Below the pieces are notes generated by a model. It saw only the letters and a program-made list of their open reading frames with translations. It was not told where the DNA came from and made no database searches. Positions 27,289 to 38,033 of a stretch of 64,000 nucleotides of DNA are shown here, piece by piece (the first letter of the stretch is position 1; every line of letters starts with the position of its first letter). The position numbers and the translations under genes were made by a program. Location of the stretch: contig NC_134032.1 of the NCBI RefSeq assembly GCF_964204645.1, forward strand, positions 5,754,275-5,818,274, written 5' to 3'. This DNA is from Tubulanus polymorphus (lineage: Eukaryota; Animalia; Nemertea).

Positions 27289-27428
27289 ATCTGTCCCTTG
27301 TGATTTAAGTCCAGCCTGTTCAGTTTAAGATAAACACCTGGGTGGAGATAAGGATTTTTATGTTAGCACTCAGTTCCACGCGCCAAAAGCTATCTAGAAA
27401 CTCAAGCGTTCTACTTAATTTGAGTGCA
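27289..27428 (-). ncRNA. Box H/ACA snoRNA copy D (RPL7 intron 3)
   Basis: GCACTCA/TGAGTGC stem, H box ACATAA, CCTT/AAGG stem, ACA+3 nt; starts about 60 nt downstream of a cryptic GTAAGT donor. Confidence 0.8.
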
Positions 27429-27484
27429 TTGGAAGCAATGTAAGTGGCCTCCCTTGATCGCCCAAATCAATCCTTGGATGATAT

Positions 27485-27972
27485 ACTTACCGCTGCTGCC
27501 AACAATTTTATAAGTTCCAACCTACTCTCTAGGCAATCGCTTCTTGACCGTAAGAATCGCCCACCCAGGAGGGTTATCTACGATTTCTTCGTCACGATGC
27601 CGGAATTAAAAGAATCTTACAAGAAGATATTAATAAGTATCCTAATGGGATACCGCCGTGCAGTACCCCATCGCAAAATGTTTAGTGTAATAACATAAGG
27701 GGAAAGATGGGTGTGTGATAATGAAATTTTTTATCCATAACTTGATTCAGATTTGTTGCATTGAAATTTTCAAAATATATACTTTTTTGAAGCTCAAATT
27801 CATCTAAATAAAGATAAGTTCAAAAGATACACACATAATATGCTAATTAAACTATTCCTTCCACTAAATCTCACTTTTTTTCTTACAAATATCTAATTTC
27901 TGAAATTTTCATTATCTCTCACACCAATCACATCCCTGCGGTTATATCCGAATTCAAGCGATTTACACATAC
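27485..27972 (-). promoter_or_regulatory. Structured intronic element plus alternative 5' splice site (candidate unproductive-splicing cassette)
   Basis: Long stem between 27903-27945 and 27690-27729, hairpin at 27648-27668, donor GCG|GTAAGT at 27490. Confidence 0.55.
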
Positions 27973-28110
27973 CCCCAAGTGATGAACGGTTCAGCTAGTC
28001 GCAGCATGTTAATCGTTGCCTTGTTGAGCCTGATGAAAACACCGTTGTTGATCTGACGTAGCCGGAACAGCTGCATGACTTTACGCGGCTTTGGGTGAAC
28101 GCCATTGATA
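27973..28110 (-). CDS. RPL7: RPL7 exon 3
   Basis: [46 protein letters not shown]; ctag acceptor, GTATGT donor. Confidence 0.97.
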
Positions 28111-28486
28111 CTAGAAAATAAGTTAACAGATTTTTTAAAATCTTGTCACTTTTTTACATTCAAAACTTCTGATCCCAGCAGGCGTAATGTTTCTTAGAGA
28201 GAGACATATCGAATATTATCCACCATTTTTCAAGACCAAATTAAGTTAAATCTAAACCTTGGGAGATGAAGAGTAAACCTCCAATGTTGAACTGAGTTCA
28301 GGAACTGGTTCCACAGCAGTGAGAGTTATAAGTGCTTGATTGTCAGAGTTGACTCTTTCGAGTTAAATATCAAATCACAACTGCATAACTAGATCCTGAC
28401 ATAAAACCACCCCCTCAGGATAAAGATTGTATGACTGACTGAATTAACTGAAATAAGGTAGTTTGCTTTCATATAGGCCTACTTAC

Positions 28487-28798
28487 CCTCGAATTCTCAT
28501 TACGAACGCCACTTTTGACTCGGCTGGCACGTAGAAGTTTCCTTCTTTACGAGCCTGACGGGCCAATCGAATCTCTTCGCGTTCGCGTGTGCGATACTCT
28601 TTGATGTAACTTTCGGCGCGTTTGAAGATCAAATGGCGTTTTTCTTTGTAAGCCTTCTTCTTGGCTACCTTCGACGCGAGCAGTTTCTCGCGGCGGGCGG
28701 CTTTGAATTTACGAGCCTTCAACAGTGACTCGGGCGGCTGCGGCATTTTTTTGTCGCCAGCCTTCTTGGTTTTCTGTTTCTTTTCGTTTTTTTTAGCG
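28487..28798 (-). CDS. RPL7: RPL7 exon 2
   Basis: [27 protein letters not shown]...[11 protein letters not shown]...[19 protein letters not shown]; ttcag acceptor, GTAAGT donor. Confidence 0.97.
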
Positions 28799-28891
28799 CT
28801 GAAATAAATTTTCGTTTCAACATATATAAAAAGTTTTTGATAAATCTAGAGTTCCTAGTGGTTGGGTCTTGATCTAGTCTGCATACCCATT

Positions 28892-28958
28892 CTTTGTTAC
28901 GGTTCCCTACAACGTCTGACGCTAAACTGTCTTTAGTGTCAAATCAAACCTTTGTACA
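28892..28958 (-). ncRNA. Candidate single-hairpin ACA-ended RNA element in RPL7 intron 1
   Basis: TAC..GGTT-TTGACACTAAA/TTTAGCGTCAG-AACCGTA-ACA; both stem arms identical in the upstream duplicate while the loop differs. Confidence 0.35.
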
Positions 28959-29074
28959 AATAAATTAATTTTTTGTTGATAAAACAATTAATTTTGGTGA
29001 ATTTAACCTTAAGAATTTGAAACAAAAACAACGGATTGGCATCGATGTCAAAGTTCAAGTCCGAATCCGTATAC

Positions 29075-29085
29075 CCTTCCATCAT
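29075..29085 (-). CDS. RPL7: RPL7 exon 1 coding part (ATG ATG GAA GG = M-M-E-G)
   Basis: Follows a TOP-like CTTTTC (29093-29098); phase-2 donor GG|GTATAC fits phase-2 exon 2; MEG start as in vertebrate RPL7. The donor is weak. Confidence 0.7.
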
Positions 29086-29092
29086 GCAACAC

Positions 29093-29295
29093 GAAAAGCC
29101 GCCCTATTTGTTATGTTGCTTCACTTCAACTATATTTCGAGGCTACGAGTCAAAATTTTTGAGTTGCTACGATCATCAAAAGCTACTTAGGATTATCAAT
29201 TCAAGCCAATTCAATAGGCCTAGTTAACTTCCATCTGATAACAGAACAGAAATAGACGCTCGAAGCCTCGTCCCTCATTTTGAGGGACGAAAATT
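29093..29295 (-). promoter_or_regulatory. RPL7 TCT/5'TOP-type core promoter
   Basis: GGCGGCTTTTCGTG pyrimidine initiator directly before exon 1; the upstream block is conserved in the duplicate at 30.7-30.95 kb. Confidence 0.6.
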
Positions 29296-30281
29296 TGGTG
29301 GTTCTCAATATCGACCAAAAGCCGTCCAATACTGACAAAAAGTAAAGTTAGTATCGTATCATGCAGTACATTTCCTTGTTTTAATTTGGATTTTTATCGG
29401 AGTGTATATTAACGTTTCTTGTGGATGTAATATTGTTTAATAATGCTAAATATAATTCTCTTGTAAATTAATCAGCCTGATATTGATATGTGAAATGGGG
29501 CATCAACATCGATGAGTTGTTTGTATTAATTGGATTAGGTCATTAGTTGTGCTCAAAAGTAATATCAGTGTCACAAACATGTCAGTGTCAAAACATGTCA
29601 GCAGTACTCATACAGTAGTACTCTCTCCATTATATATAAACAAAAATAATGTTAAGCACACAGTTTTCTAGTTGGAGTTGTAAAATAGAAGTTGAAAATA
29701 AATCACCTAATTTCAAGATCATTACGTTATTTCAATGATGAGAAAAGGACAAGATATTCACGTCATGACAATCGACCAAAATTGTAACAACCACAAAAAG
29801 TAAACTATAATAGCGACCAAAAGTAACTTTATTACAGACCAAAAGTAAATAATACCAAACACCAAAAGTAACCGACAACTCAAAAACTGACCGACGAATA
29901 TAATATAATCGCACAGATAATATCAAATAATTTTCCATCTCTCTTCGATCGATCGACGAAGGATTGATTCAATTTCAATTCTGAGAGAATCAGCAATTCT
30001 TAAAACAATTGCCATGATTATTCGACTCGGCTTTGATCAGTGACCATCAGTTCAAATTTGAGGTAATTACAGCTTTGTTAGCCTAAAGTAATCATTTTGA
30101 AATCTTTCTCACTAATTGAAAACTGTAACTTGATCATAACCAGTGGGCGTGAAAGCAAAACGCAACTCACTTTTTTGTTTTGAATGGCAGGGTAAATGCA
30201 GAATGAATTCCTCAATTTCAGTAGTTCGTTAAGCAACAAGACACTGTATAAAGTCTATATACTTAGTCTGAATACCAGTCG

Positions 30282-30945
30282 TTGTTACGGTTCCCTACAA
30301 CGTCTGACGCTAAAGTATGATATAGAGGTTAACTCCTGTTAATTGCAATGCAACAACTGATTTTAGTGTCAAATCAAACCTTTGTACTAAAATAAATAAA
30401 TTAGTTACCTTGTTGACTTAGAAAACGTGTTTTATAATCATATTTTTGATGATTTAAATCGCGAACCGGGGAATTTATTGATTTGATTTGATTGCCACAA
30501 TCGGGATTTCCGATCTGGACTAAATTAATAAAATGTGAAAATTCAATATGTCTCTCTAAAATTACTCTAATTGTTAATTTTTGTTGATATAACGCATAAA
30601 TTTAGGTCAATTTTAACCTTGAGAATTTGAAACAAGAATGATATCTGCATTGGCATCAATGTCAGTCCAAGTTCAAGTCCGAATCCGTAATTTACACTCC
30701 CCTAATGGACCACGAAAAGCCGCCATATTTGATATGTTGCTTTACTTCAACTATTTCTTGAGGCGACTAGTCAAAAGTTTTGAGCTACTACGATCGTCAA
30801 AAGCTACTTAGGATTACCAATTTATGCACAAACAATAGTTAACTTCCGTCTGATTACAGAACAGTCAGTTTGAGGTAAGTTGATGGTGTTTTAAGGGGTG
30901 AAATAGAAGCTCAAAGCCTTGTCCCTCAAAATGAGGGACGAAAAT
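30282..30945 (-). promoter_or_regulatory. Diverged duplicate of the RPL7 promoter/exon 1/intron 1 unit; exon 1 lacks the ATG
   Basis: Collinear with 28895-29295; reads GGCGGCTTTTCGTGGTCCATTAGGGGAGT|GTAAAT; possible extra exon at 30409-30519 (tttag...AAG|GTAACT). Confidence 0.6.
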
Positions 30946-31502
30946 TAACCTTATATGAGCACTTTCGCCCTAGACGTTGTTTGTAGAACTACTACAGGTA
31001 CTAGACTACTATATCCTATGATTAATGTATTCTGTAGCTTGTATTTTGATCGGTCGTAAAAATTTCAAACTTAGAGTTCTAATTCTTGATTCTTATTCGG
31101 ATTTTGGGAATGGAAAACTCAAGAAATCTGGCCAAGGACGAATTCTCAATTTTGGCGGATAAAACATGAAATCGTGCATATGGATGATGGGTTGGCAGGA
31201 TTTCCGCTGATTTTATCCTCACTGTCGAATGTGACCAGGAATTTTGGTTGGGAGGATTTTGGTCGGTGTTTGGCATTGGATGACTTTTGGTCAGTATCAC
31301 ACGGTTTTGGTCGGTGTTTAGTACTACCCCGAAAATTAACTGTATATGCGCACTTTTACCCTAGACGTTGTTTGGGGAACGACAGCTAGGTACTAGACTA
31401 GGAGGACAGGTCTTGATCAATTACAGACCAAAATAACAGGCACCAAGTCCAAGCCAGTCCCATAACAATCTAAGAAACTGTGACTTCTTGGTTTTGACTG
31501 AA

Positions 31503-32943
31503 CAGTCAGGAACACTTTCCAAAAACGGCTTATTCTGCCAATTTCGGCGTTTTCCGCCAATAACGACAGAATCAGCCATTTAGCCGAAATCTGCGTTTTC
31601 TGCCATTTTTGGCTTGTTCTTAAAAAACGCCATTTCCGCCGTTTTCAGCTGTTACAGTTTTTAAAACTACATCGCCAGAAACGGCGTTTTTAGCTTAGAT
31701 AGTTTTACAGGTGCTATTTATAATGCTTAGTTCGATGGGAGTCCCTATTATGACATCATCGCTTTTCTGCTGGCATGCATTTGTATATTTGCGCCGAAAA
31801 ATTAATCTCATTGATCCGTTCCAGGCTTCAAGAAAGAATTAAATATAAATGTATGGGTTTCCGATGGCAAATGTATTTGAATTCTGTTCTTTCTGTATAC
31901 CTGTATTCTATGAAATAAATATATACATACATGTATCCCAAATTGTTTCGAAAATGTTTGTTGTATTTTGAAATGAGTCTAGATACAGCTGTAGGCCTAT
32001 CGATTTTGAGTTGTAACGTCATTGGCCACCAATTCATTCAATCACTATCCATCACAAGAATCCATCAATTAGCTTGGAGGCATCGAAGATGTTAATTACC
32101 TTTAATTAACCAACATCATATGCAGTCCAATATATCCCTCAACCATTCTATGCTTTATTAGGCAAGATAAGACCATGGGCAAAACTTAAAACTAGATTTT
32201 TGATACACTAGTTTATACATCCATGATTGATTTGTCTTATGAGAATGATAATTATAATAATAATAATTTTATTTTTAACATATAATATTTACACATCCGT
32301 TCACCTCAGCAAATTAATTATTTTATTCCAAAAAAGAACCGCGTAGACACTAGGGGAAACGTCTAAGTGGGTGGGGTCCATATATAACAAGTGGACTGCC
32401 AATAATGGCTTAATAGTTTATGATTATAAAACTAACTACGCCAAAAACGGCGGAATACGCCAGAAATGGCGAAAGTTTTTATGTGTACCCATGGCAACGT
32501 TTACTTGAAAACTTTATAATAGTTTTTAAAACTAGTTCCCAAATTTATTTTTAACAAAAATCATGATTAATAAACTTGTTTCATGCTGTAGTAGTTTTGA
32601 GAGTTTTCCCGGAGTTTTTGGGCTTCATATGACGTAATCATTTAGAAAAACGTAAATTTGACCACTTTACCTAGCTCAAAAATTTCCATCCTAGGGTCAT
32701 ATGAAAGCTTATCGTCTGCTCGAGATTATGACGTCATCGGCAACATGCGCTAATTGAAACGGAAATGCGCAAAAAACTTTAAAGCAAAACTAGAAACTTA
32801 GTGAGCTGAAACTGGCTGATTAAGCCATAAACGACTGTGAAAGTTTCAAAACTGAGTGATCCATGAACAGCTGATTCTGCCGTAATTGGCGGAAAACGCC
32901 GAAATTGGCAGAATAAGCCGTTTTTGGAAAGTGTTCCTGACTG
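31503..32943. mobile_element. Non-autonomous DNA transposon with ~75-bp near-perfect TIRs
   Basis: CAGTCAGGAACACTTTCCAAAAACGGCTTATTCTGCCAATTTCGGCG... and its reverse complement ending at 32943; no clear TSD seen. Confidence 0.8.
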
Positions 32944-32997
32944 CTAAAGACTTAAATGCCCACTAAAACCATTTGTTGTCATAACATTTTCTAACAC

Positions 32998-33247
32998 AGA
33001 TGGATTGGCAAAAAGACTCCTTAAGTCCAATTGAATGAGAGAGAAAATCCTCCATTTTGTCAAATTTCTTGAAATTTTACATTGTGACCATGCCTACGAC
33101 ATGAAGTTATTTTTCTTGTGGGGTCTCAACAACTAAATCAGGGTGGCGTAGGCATGGTAACAATGTTCAAATCCGAGAAATTTGACAAAATGGAGGATTT
33201 TCTCTCTCATTCAACTGGACTTAAGGAGTCTTTTTGCCAATCCATCT
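32998..33247. mobile_element. Foldback/palindromic MITE (~100-bp arms)
   Basis: AGATGGATTGGCAAAAAGACTCC...CATGCCTACG mirrored by CGTAGGCATG...GCCAATCCATCT. Confidence 0.8.
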
Positions 33248-34800
33248 AATTGGTACAGAACTGGAAATATATCGGATATTCAGTTGTTGTCCGCGATTTT
33301 TGGCATTCTGTTAAGACATAAATGAGGTATGTACCCCAAAAAGTGAGCAAAATATCCAAGAAAAACAGGTCTCATCAATTAATAAATAGACATTAGTTAC
33401 TTCCCTCATATTGAGAAGATGTTTTCAATTAATTAATCGGTGAGTATAAACCAATTTTGAACAGTCATTAATGCGGATGAGAGCGGATTCTGGGTTAGAT
33501 TCTGAGAAACGTACCTATCAGCCATGATGATGATCCGGAAGAGAAAGCACTTCCTGGGTTAACGGCTTAGTTAACAAATCTGTCGCACAGTGGCGCCAGC
33601 TTATGGTGGTAGTTTTCGACTCGGTGGCGCAGACTCGAGATCAAAGTTCTCTTTTCTTTTGCCAGCGTTTTGTAGATCAATAAAACTATAACGTGATAGA
33701 TATAAGAAGAATAATACGAAACCTCCACAGAGTTTCATCGTATCGTTGGAAGACTAAATGTTAAGTGTAAACTAAACTCGGATCCGACACTACGGAAACT
33801 TTGATGTTACCGGTATCTCCAACTTAAATCTTGGATCGCGCGAGAACAAAATGTTCATTTAAGATCCGTACTTTTATTGTTTATCGTGAGACTGCGCATA
33901 ATAGGCCTAATAGAAAAATACGTTTACCGGGTAACGTACATTACACACGCGATAATATAAAATGTTTCAGTCCGTTCGATGAACCGTTAAATGCGTGTAT
34001 AGTGCCGATCGGATCGGCACTATACACGCATAACGGTTCATCGAACGGTTCTTTAGTTTCCGTATGATGGTTCATATCTAAGGAGATGGTGTTCCCAGAA
34101 CCGACTAAGTTCAACGGGCACTATCAGGTGGGAAAGAACAATACGTGCGGGCAGCCTGTTTCATTCGTCAATACAGTATATCTTATTGTGAAAGAGTTGA
34201 TTCTGTTGTTGAGTCTAGTTGCAGCGAGACTTTGTTCATTTGAGAGGATGTCCGCGGGTGTTATAGCGGTTAACGTTAAGTTTGAACAGCGGTTTCTTTG
34301 TTCGATTTTCGCCATGGATAAGCTTATACATTTGGATAATTGGGGGTCGCTAGAATTAGTACAACATGATAGATTTCTATCAATTTTCATGATGGTCAAT
34401 TTCCGAATGTGACTATTCTATCAAATTCCAGTACTGGATTTTTCTATCTTATTCCAAGGTGTTCACTGATGTTAATTTCCATGTCGTGCATTTTCCAGAC
34501 GTGAAAATTCTATTTAAGTCCAATACTGGATTTTTTGGACAATTTCATGTCGGACAATTCCAGTGTGGGTAGGGATAGGACTTTGAGGCGCTCATTGGAC
34601 GACAAATCATTTAGTTCCAAGCCCATTTTGGTAGCTTTTCTTTGTACAGATTCAAGTAATTTGATATTTTAATGGTTGCCCGGTTCCATACAACTGAAGC
34701 ATATTCAACGTGCGGTCGAATATTAGTGATTTATACAAGAACAAGAAGACGGTGGTGTTGAAGAAAGAAAAGGTTCTTTTGACGAGTCCAGTCATAGACC

Positions 34801-35126
34801 CATCTTCACCTGTCAAGGGATTCGAACCCACTACGCTAAAGCTGTTCCCCGAACCCCTTGACCTCACGAGTCGTTGGAGTCGTTACTAGCCGACCAGAAT
34901 CAGGTCGGGCCAATCACAGCGCTTGTTACAGACGACATTAGGCATCTATGGAATTTCCCGGTAAATGGACCAATCAGCGAACACGTAGCGAACGCGGAAG
35001 TATCGTCGCGTGTCGATATATGACGTCATGCGCAAAAGCGCCGGTAATGAAACCGCGCGTCGTGAGGCCAGGGGGCTGGTGGAAGCGAGTTCGGGAGCGA
35101 TACCGGACTCCTGGCAAGCGAGGATG
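34801..35126. mobile_element. 326-bp MITE with imperfect TIRs (CATC...GATG), B-box and 9-bp TSD
   Basis: TSD TCATAGACC at 34792-34800 and 35127-35135; further copies at 59342-59668 and 25828-26040. Confidence 0.8.
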
Positions 35127-35159
35127 TCATAGACCTGGCTTTGTTTACGCAATTTTGGA

Positions 35160-35292
35160 TATGACTGCAAAAGTTTAGTTTCTCGTCTATAACAACACCG
35201 AGGTCTTTCTCGGATGCTACCTGTGATAAGGGAAGGTTTCCAGAATTAATTTAGTAATATTGGTGTTTGGCGTTTTTGTTTCCAAGGTGTAG
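35160..35292 (-). pseudogene. CR1-type LINE RT C-terminal fragment
   Basis: Translates as LHLGNKNAKHQY...QVASEKDLGVVIDEKLNFCSH. Confidence 0.7.
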
Positions 35293-35627
35293 GAGTAATT
35301 GTATATATGTTGTTCTAGACCAAAGGTTGAACGGTTGAGCTCATTAAAAAACAAATATAAAAAGTATTTTAATTCCAAACTATAATATATTTTCATAGCC
35401 GTGTGTATTTTATATTACGAATAAATATTTATTCTAAAATATCAATAATTTTAATTTAAAAGCATTTAAAAGCATTTAAAGATTATTAAAAGCATCAATT
35501 GGTCACGTCGCTTCGCTCCGCTCCCAATTGATTTAATTACAATACACAATAAAGAATATATTCATATAATCAAATATATTCTAATAATAATAATAATTCT
35601 ATCATTTAATCTAAAATCCACACGGCT

Positions 35628-36164
35628 ATGAAAATATATTATAGTTTGGAATTAAAATTACTTTTTATATTTGCTCTTAATGAGCTCAATCTTTCAACCT
35701 TTAATCTAGAACAACATATATACAATTACTCTAATATTTTTATATATGAAAATCATATTTATGAAAATCATATAAATGAAATCAATGTTAATAAATAATT
35801 TGTTATTAAAATTGAGAGTAAACAAGTACACAGTGAAAACAACAAATTATTCTTAAATAGAATTAAAGATACAACAAATGTCAAATCTGAGGATTATAAA
35901 TTCAAAAAGTTAACAGAATTAACATTACATAAGAAATATTTAATTACAAATATTGAAACAATTACTAATAGACATGGTAATAAATTAGTTATTCACTTAG
36001 AATATGAAGGATTAAAAGGAAATAAATATAAATTCAGAACATATTTACCAGATAGATTTCATAGATTATCTAGTGAAGATAGTGAATAATTATATTCAGG
36101 TGATTTCTATTTCATATACAAAGGTAAGAATGAAAAAGGATGTCATGATATAGATTTCGAATAA
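35628..36164 (+). pseudogene. Viral-type OB-fold/ssDNA-binding-like ORF with two internal stops
   Basis: FKKLTELTLHKKYLITNIETITNRHGNKLVIHLE...TYLPDRF...FYFIYKG resembles small Maverick-associated proteins (from memory). Confidence 0.5.
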
Positions 36165-36180
36165 AAAATATGTAAAATAA

Positions 36181-37419
36181 ATGGTTGAATTAAAAGAATA
36201 TAGAATATATGTTGATTCTAGAAAACTTACAAATTACAAATCTCCTAATTTACTAGTACAATTAGATAGAGAATTCAAAAATTGTGTTGATTTAAAATTA
36301 GTAAATATAAGTTAATGTAATAAAAGTCTTGATCATTTAGCTTTCTTAATTTTTGACAGAAACATTAAAAAATGTTTTCATCTATTTCTAAGACCGGGAT
36401 TATATAGTTTAGAAACATTAGCGCAAGAAATTAATAGAAAAGCAAGGACAAAATTCAATAGTGAAGACAAGTTTGGAATTAGATTTAATAAAATTGATAT
36501 TAATAATAAAATAAAGAATATAGCTGCAAAGCAGCGATAACGGGTTTTCTGGATGCATGTGATCGAAAGGAAAAATTAATTACCGGGTATTCGATGGAAA
36601 AATAAAATGAGATGATTTGGATATTATCGGAGCAATCCTCTTTTTGGTTGAATGGTCTAACCCCAGTATAGTCCCCCGTGATTTGGAAATTCTCGGAGCC
36701 CTCCTTTATTTACCTACTAAATGACGTCACAAACTGTTATTTCGCCGGTGCTTGTTGTCTAACAATTCAATTCAATTCTTTATTTACAGTAACCTAATAA
36801 GTAATTTTAAGTTTCAAATAGGATGGAAAGTACATTCAGACAATCTGTTGGTTCAGAGAGACCGTTATTACAGTATCAATTTATACATTTCGTTTCGAAG
36901 CTGTCAGTTGCCGAATCTGAATGAAGATGAATTTTATTTGACGAAATCGGCGGAAAATATATAATAATAATAATCAACAGAATTTCAAGAGGGTTTTCGA
37001 CGAAAGTCAGAAAACCCTAATTAGGTTAGACAATGGCGTACAACATCAATTTTTAGTTGAAAAACCTATAGCTAAACTGTTAGGAGTTACACCAAATCAA
37101 CTGATAACAAATGTTGATACTACAGCAAATATAATACCTTTTACACACTTTTATATTTATTGCAATTTAATTGACCCCACAAAAACTTTCGAAGCAACTA
37201 AAGATATAATTTGTAATTCTAGTATATTAAATATTTTACCATAAAAAATGTTAAACAATTTGGAACACAAATAAATTATAATTTTGCTGAATGTGATTTT
37301 AAACGTTGTATTCCACAATTTGATAATTTTAAATTAGAAGTTAGAAATCATAATTATTATATATTAATTTAAATAACTTTCCTGTAATTTCTGAATTAGT
37401 TGTAAGATGTAAAGAGTAA
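36181..37419 (+). pseudogene. Penton/minor-capsid-like gene, disrupted
   Basis: IYVDSR...RPGLYSLETL...AKLLG...FYIYCNLID...ILNILP...NLNNFPV; stops, a frameshift and an insertion at 36514-37022 (the frame NNKI|RLD rejoins across it). Confidence 0.6.
36514..37022 (-). mobile_element. Non-autonomous Helentron-like insertion in the penton-like gene
   Basis: Ends AGAATATAGCTGCAAAGCAGCG and AGGGTTTTCGAC..GAAAACCCTAAT hairpins; related head at about 42703. Confidence 0.6.
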
Positions 37420-37437
37420 TTTTTTTGATATATAAAT

Positions 37438-37692
37438 ATGAATATAACAGTAGGACCGAGTATATGTTTTTGATTTGATTTTAAACGTGAGAAAGAAATG
37501 AAATTTGATATTAATGATGTAATAACACATATTAAAAATATCGCATTTTTTAATGAAACAACATTTGATTATGAAACAACAATAAATAAAGAAACTTATA
37601 ATGTAGAAAAGATTACTGATTTGATTAGAAATTCTTTAAGATTTTATGAATTAGATGAAGATTTTATCATTGATGATATTTTAATAGAATAA
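37438..37692 (+). pseudogene. Small viral-type ORF (one internal stop; open from 37498)
   Basis: ATATAAATATG start context; co-oriented within the cluster. Confidence 0.4.
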
Positions 37693-37791
37693 TATCTGAA
37701 ATATATAAAAATGAAACTAATAGTATTATAAATGTTGATCATAACTAAGATAACAAAATATTTTGAAGAAGGTGATTTTTTTAATGAATAA

Positions 37792-38019
37792 ATGAGTGAT
37801 AATAAGTGGATGATAACTGGATTGTATAATGGAGCATTACTATCAGTGGGAACAGTTGGTTATACAATGTTATTGAAGAAAGTATTCAAAATGGGAAATA
37901 TTAATGTTGATAGATTTGATATAAATGATATTTTAAAATTAACGTTAGCAGTTACTTTATCTAATTTAACTATTGATTATTTGGAAAAACAAAAATATAT
38001 TCCTCCTATAAACGCATAA
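37792..38019 (+). CDS. Intact 75-aa hydrophobic Maverick/adintovirus-type protein
   Basis: TAAATG start; LYNGALLSVGTVGYTMLLKK...DILKL...DYLEKQKYIP pattern recalled from invertebrate Maverick small ORFs. Confidence 0.6.
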   Translation: MSDNKWMITGLYNGALLSVGTVGYTMLLKKVFKMGNINVDRFDINDILKLTLAVTLSNLTIDYLEKQKYIPPINA

Positions 38020-38033
38020 TTTTTGTTAAATAA

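Noticed and set aside
34086-34412. Overlapping ORFs on both strands, possibly a retroelement fragment
   Set aside because: No recognisable domain motif; cannot be assigned without a search.
34801-34840. tRNA gene or tRNA-derived SINE suggested by GGTTCGAATCCC
   Set aside because: No cloverleaf or properly spaced A-box; the motif lies in the terminal inverted repeat of an element with a 9-bp TSD.
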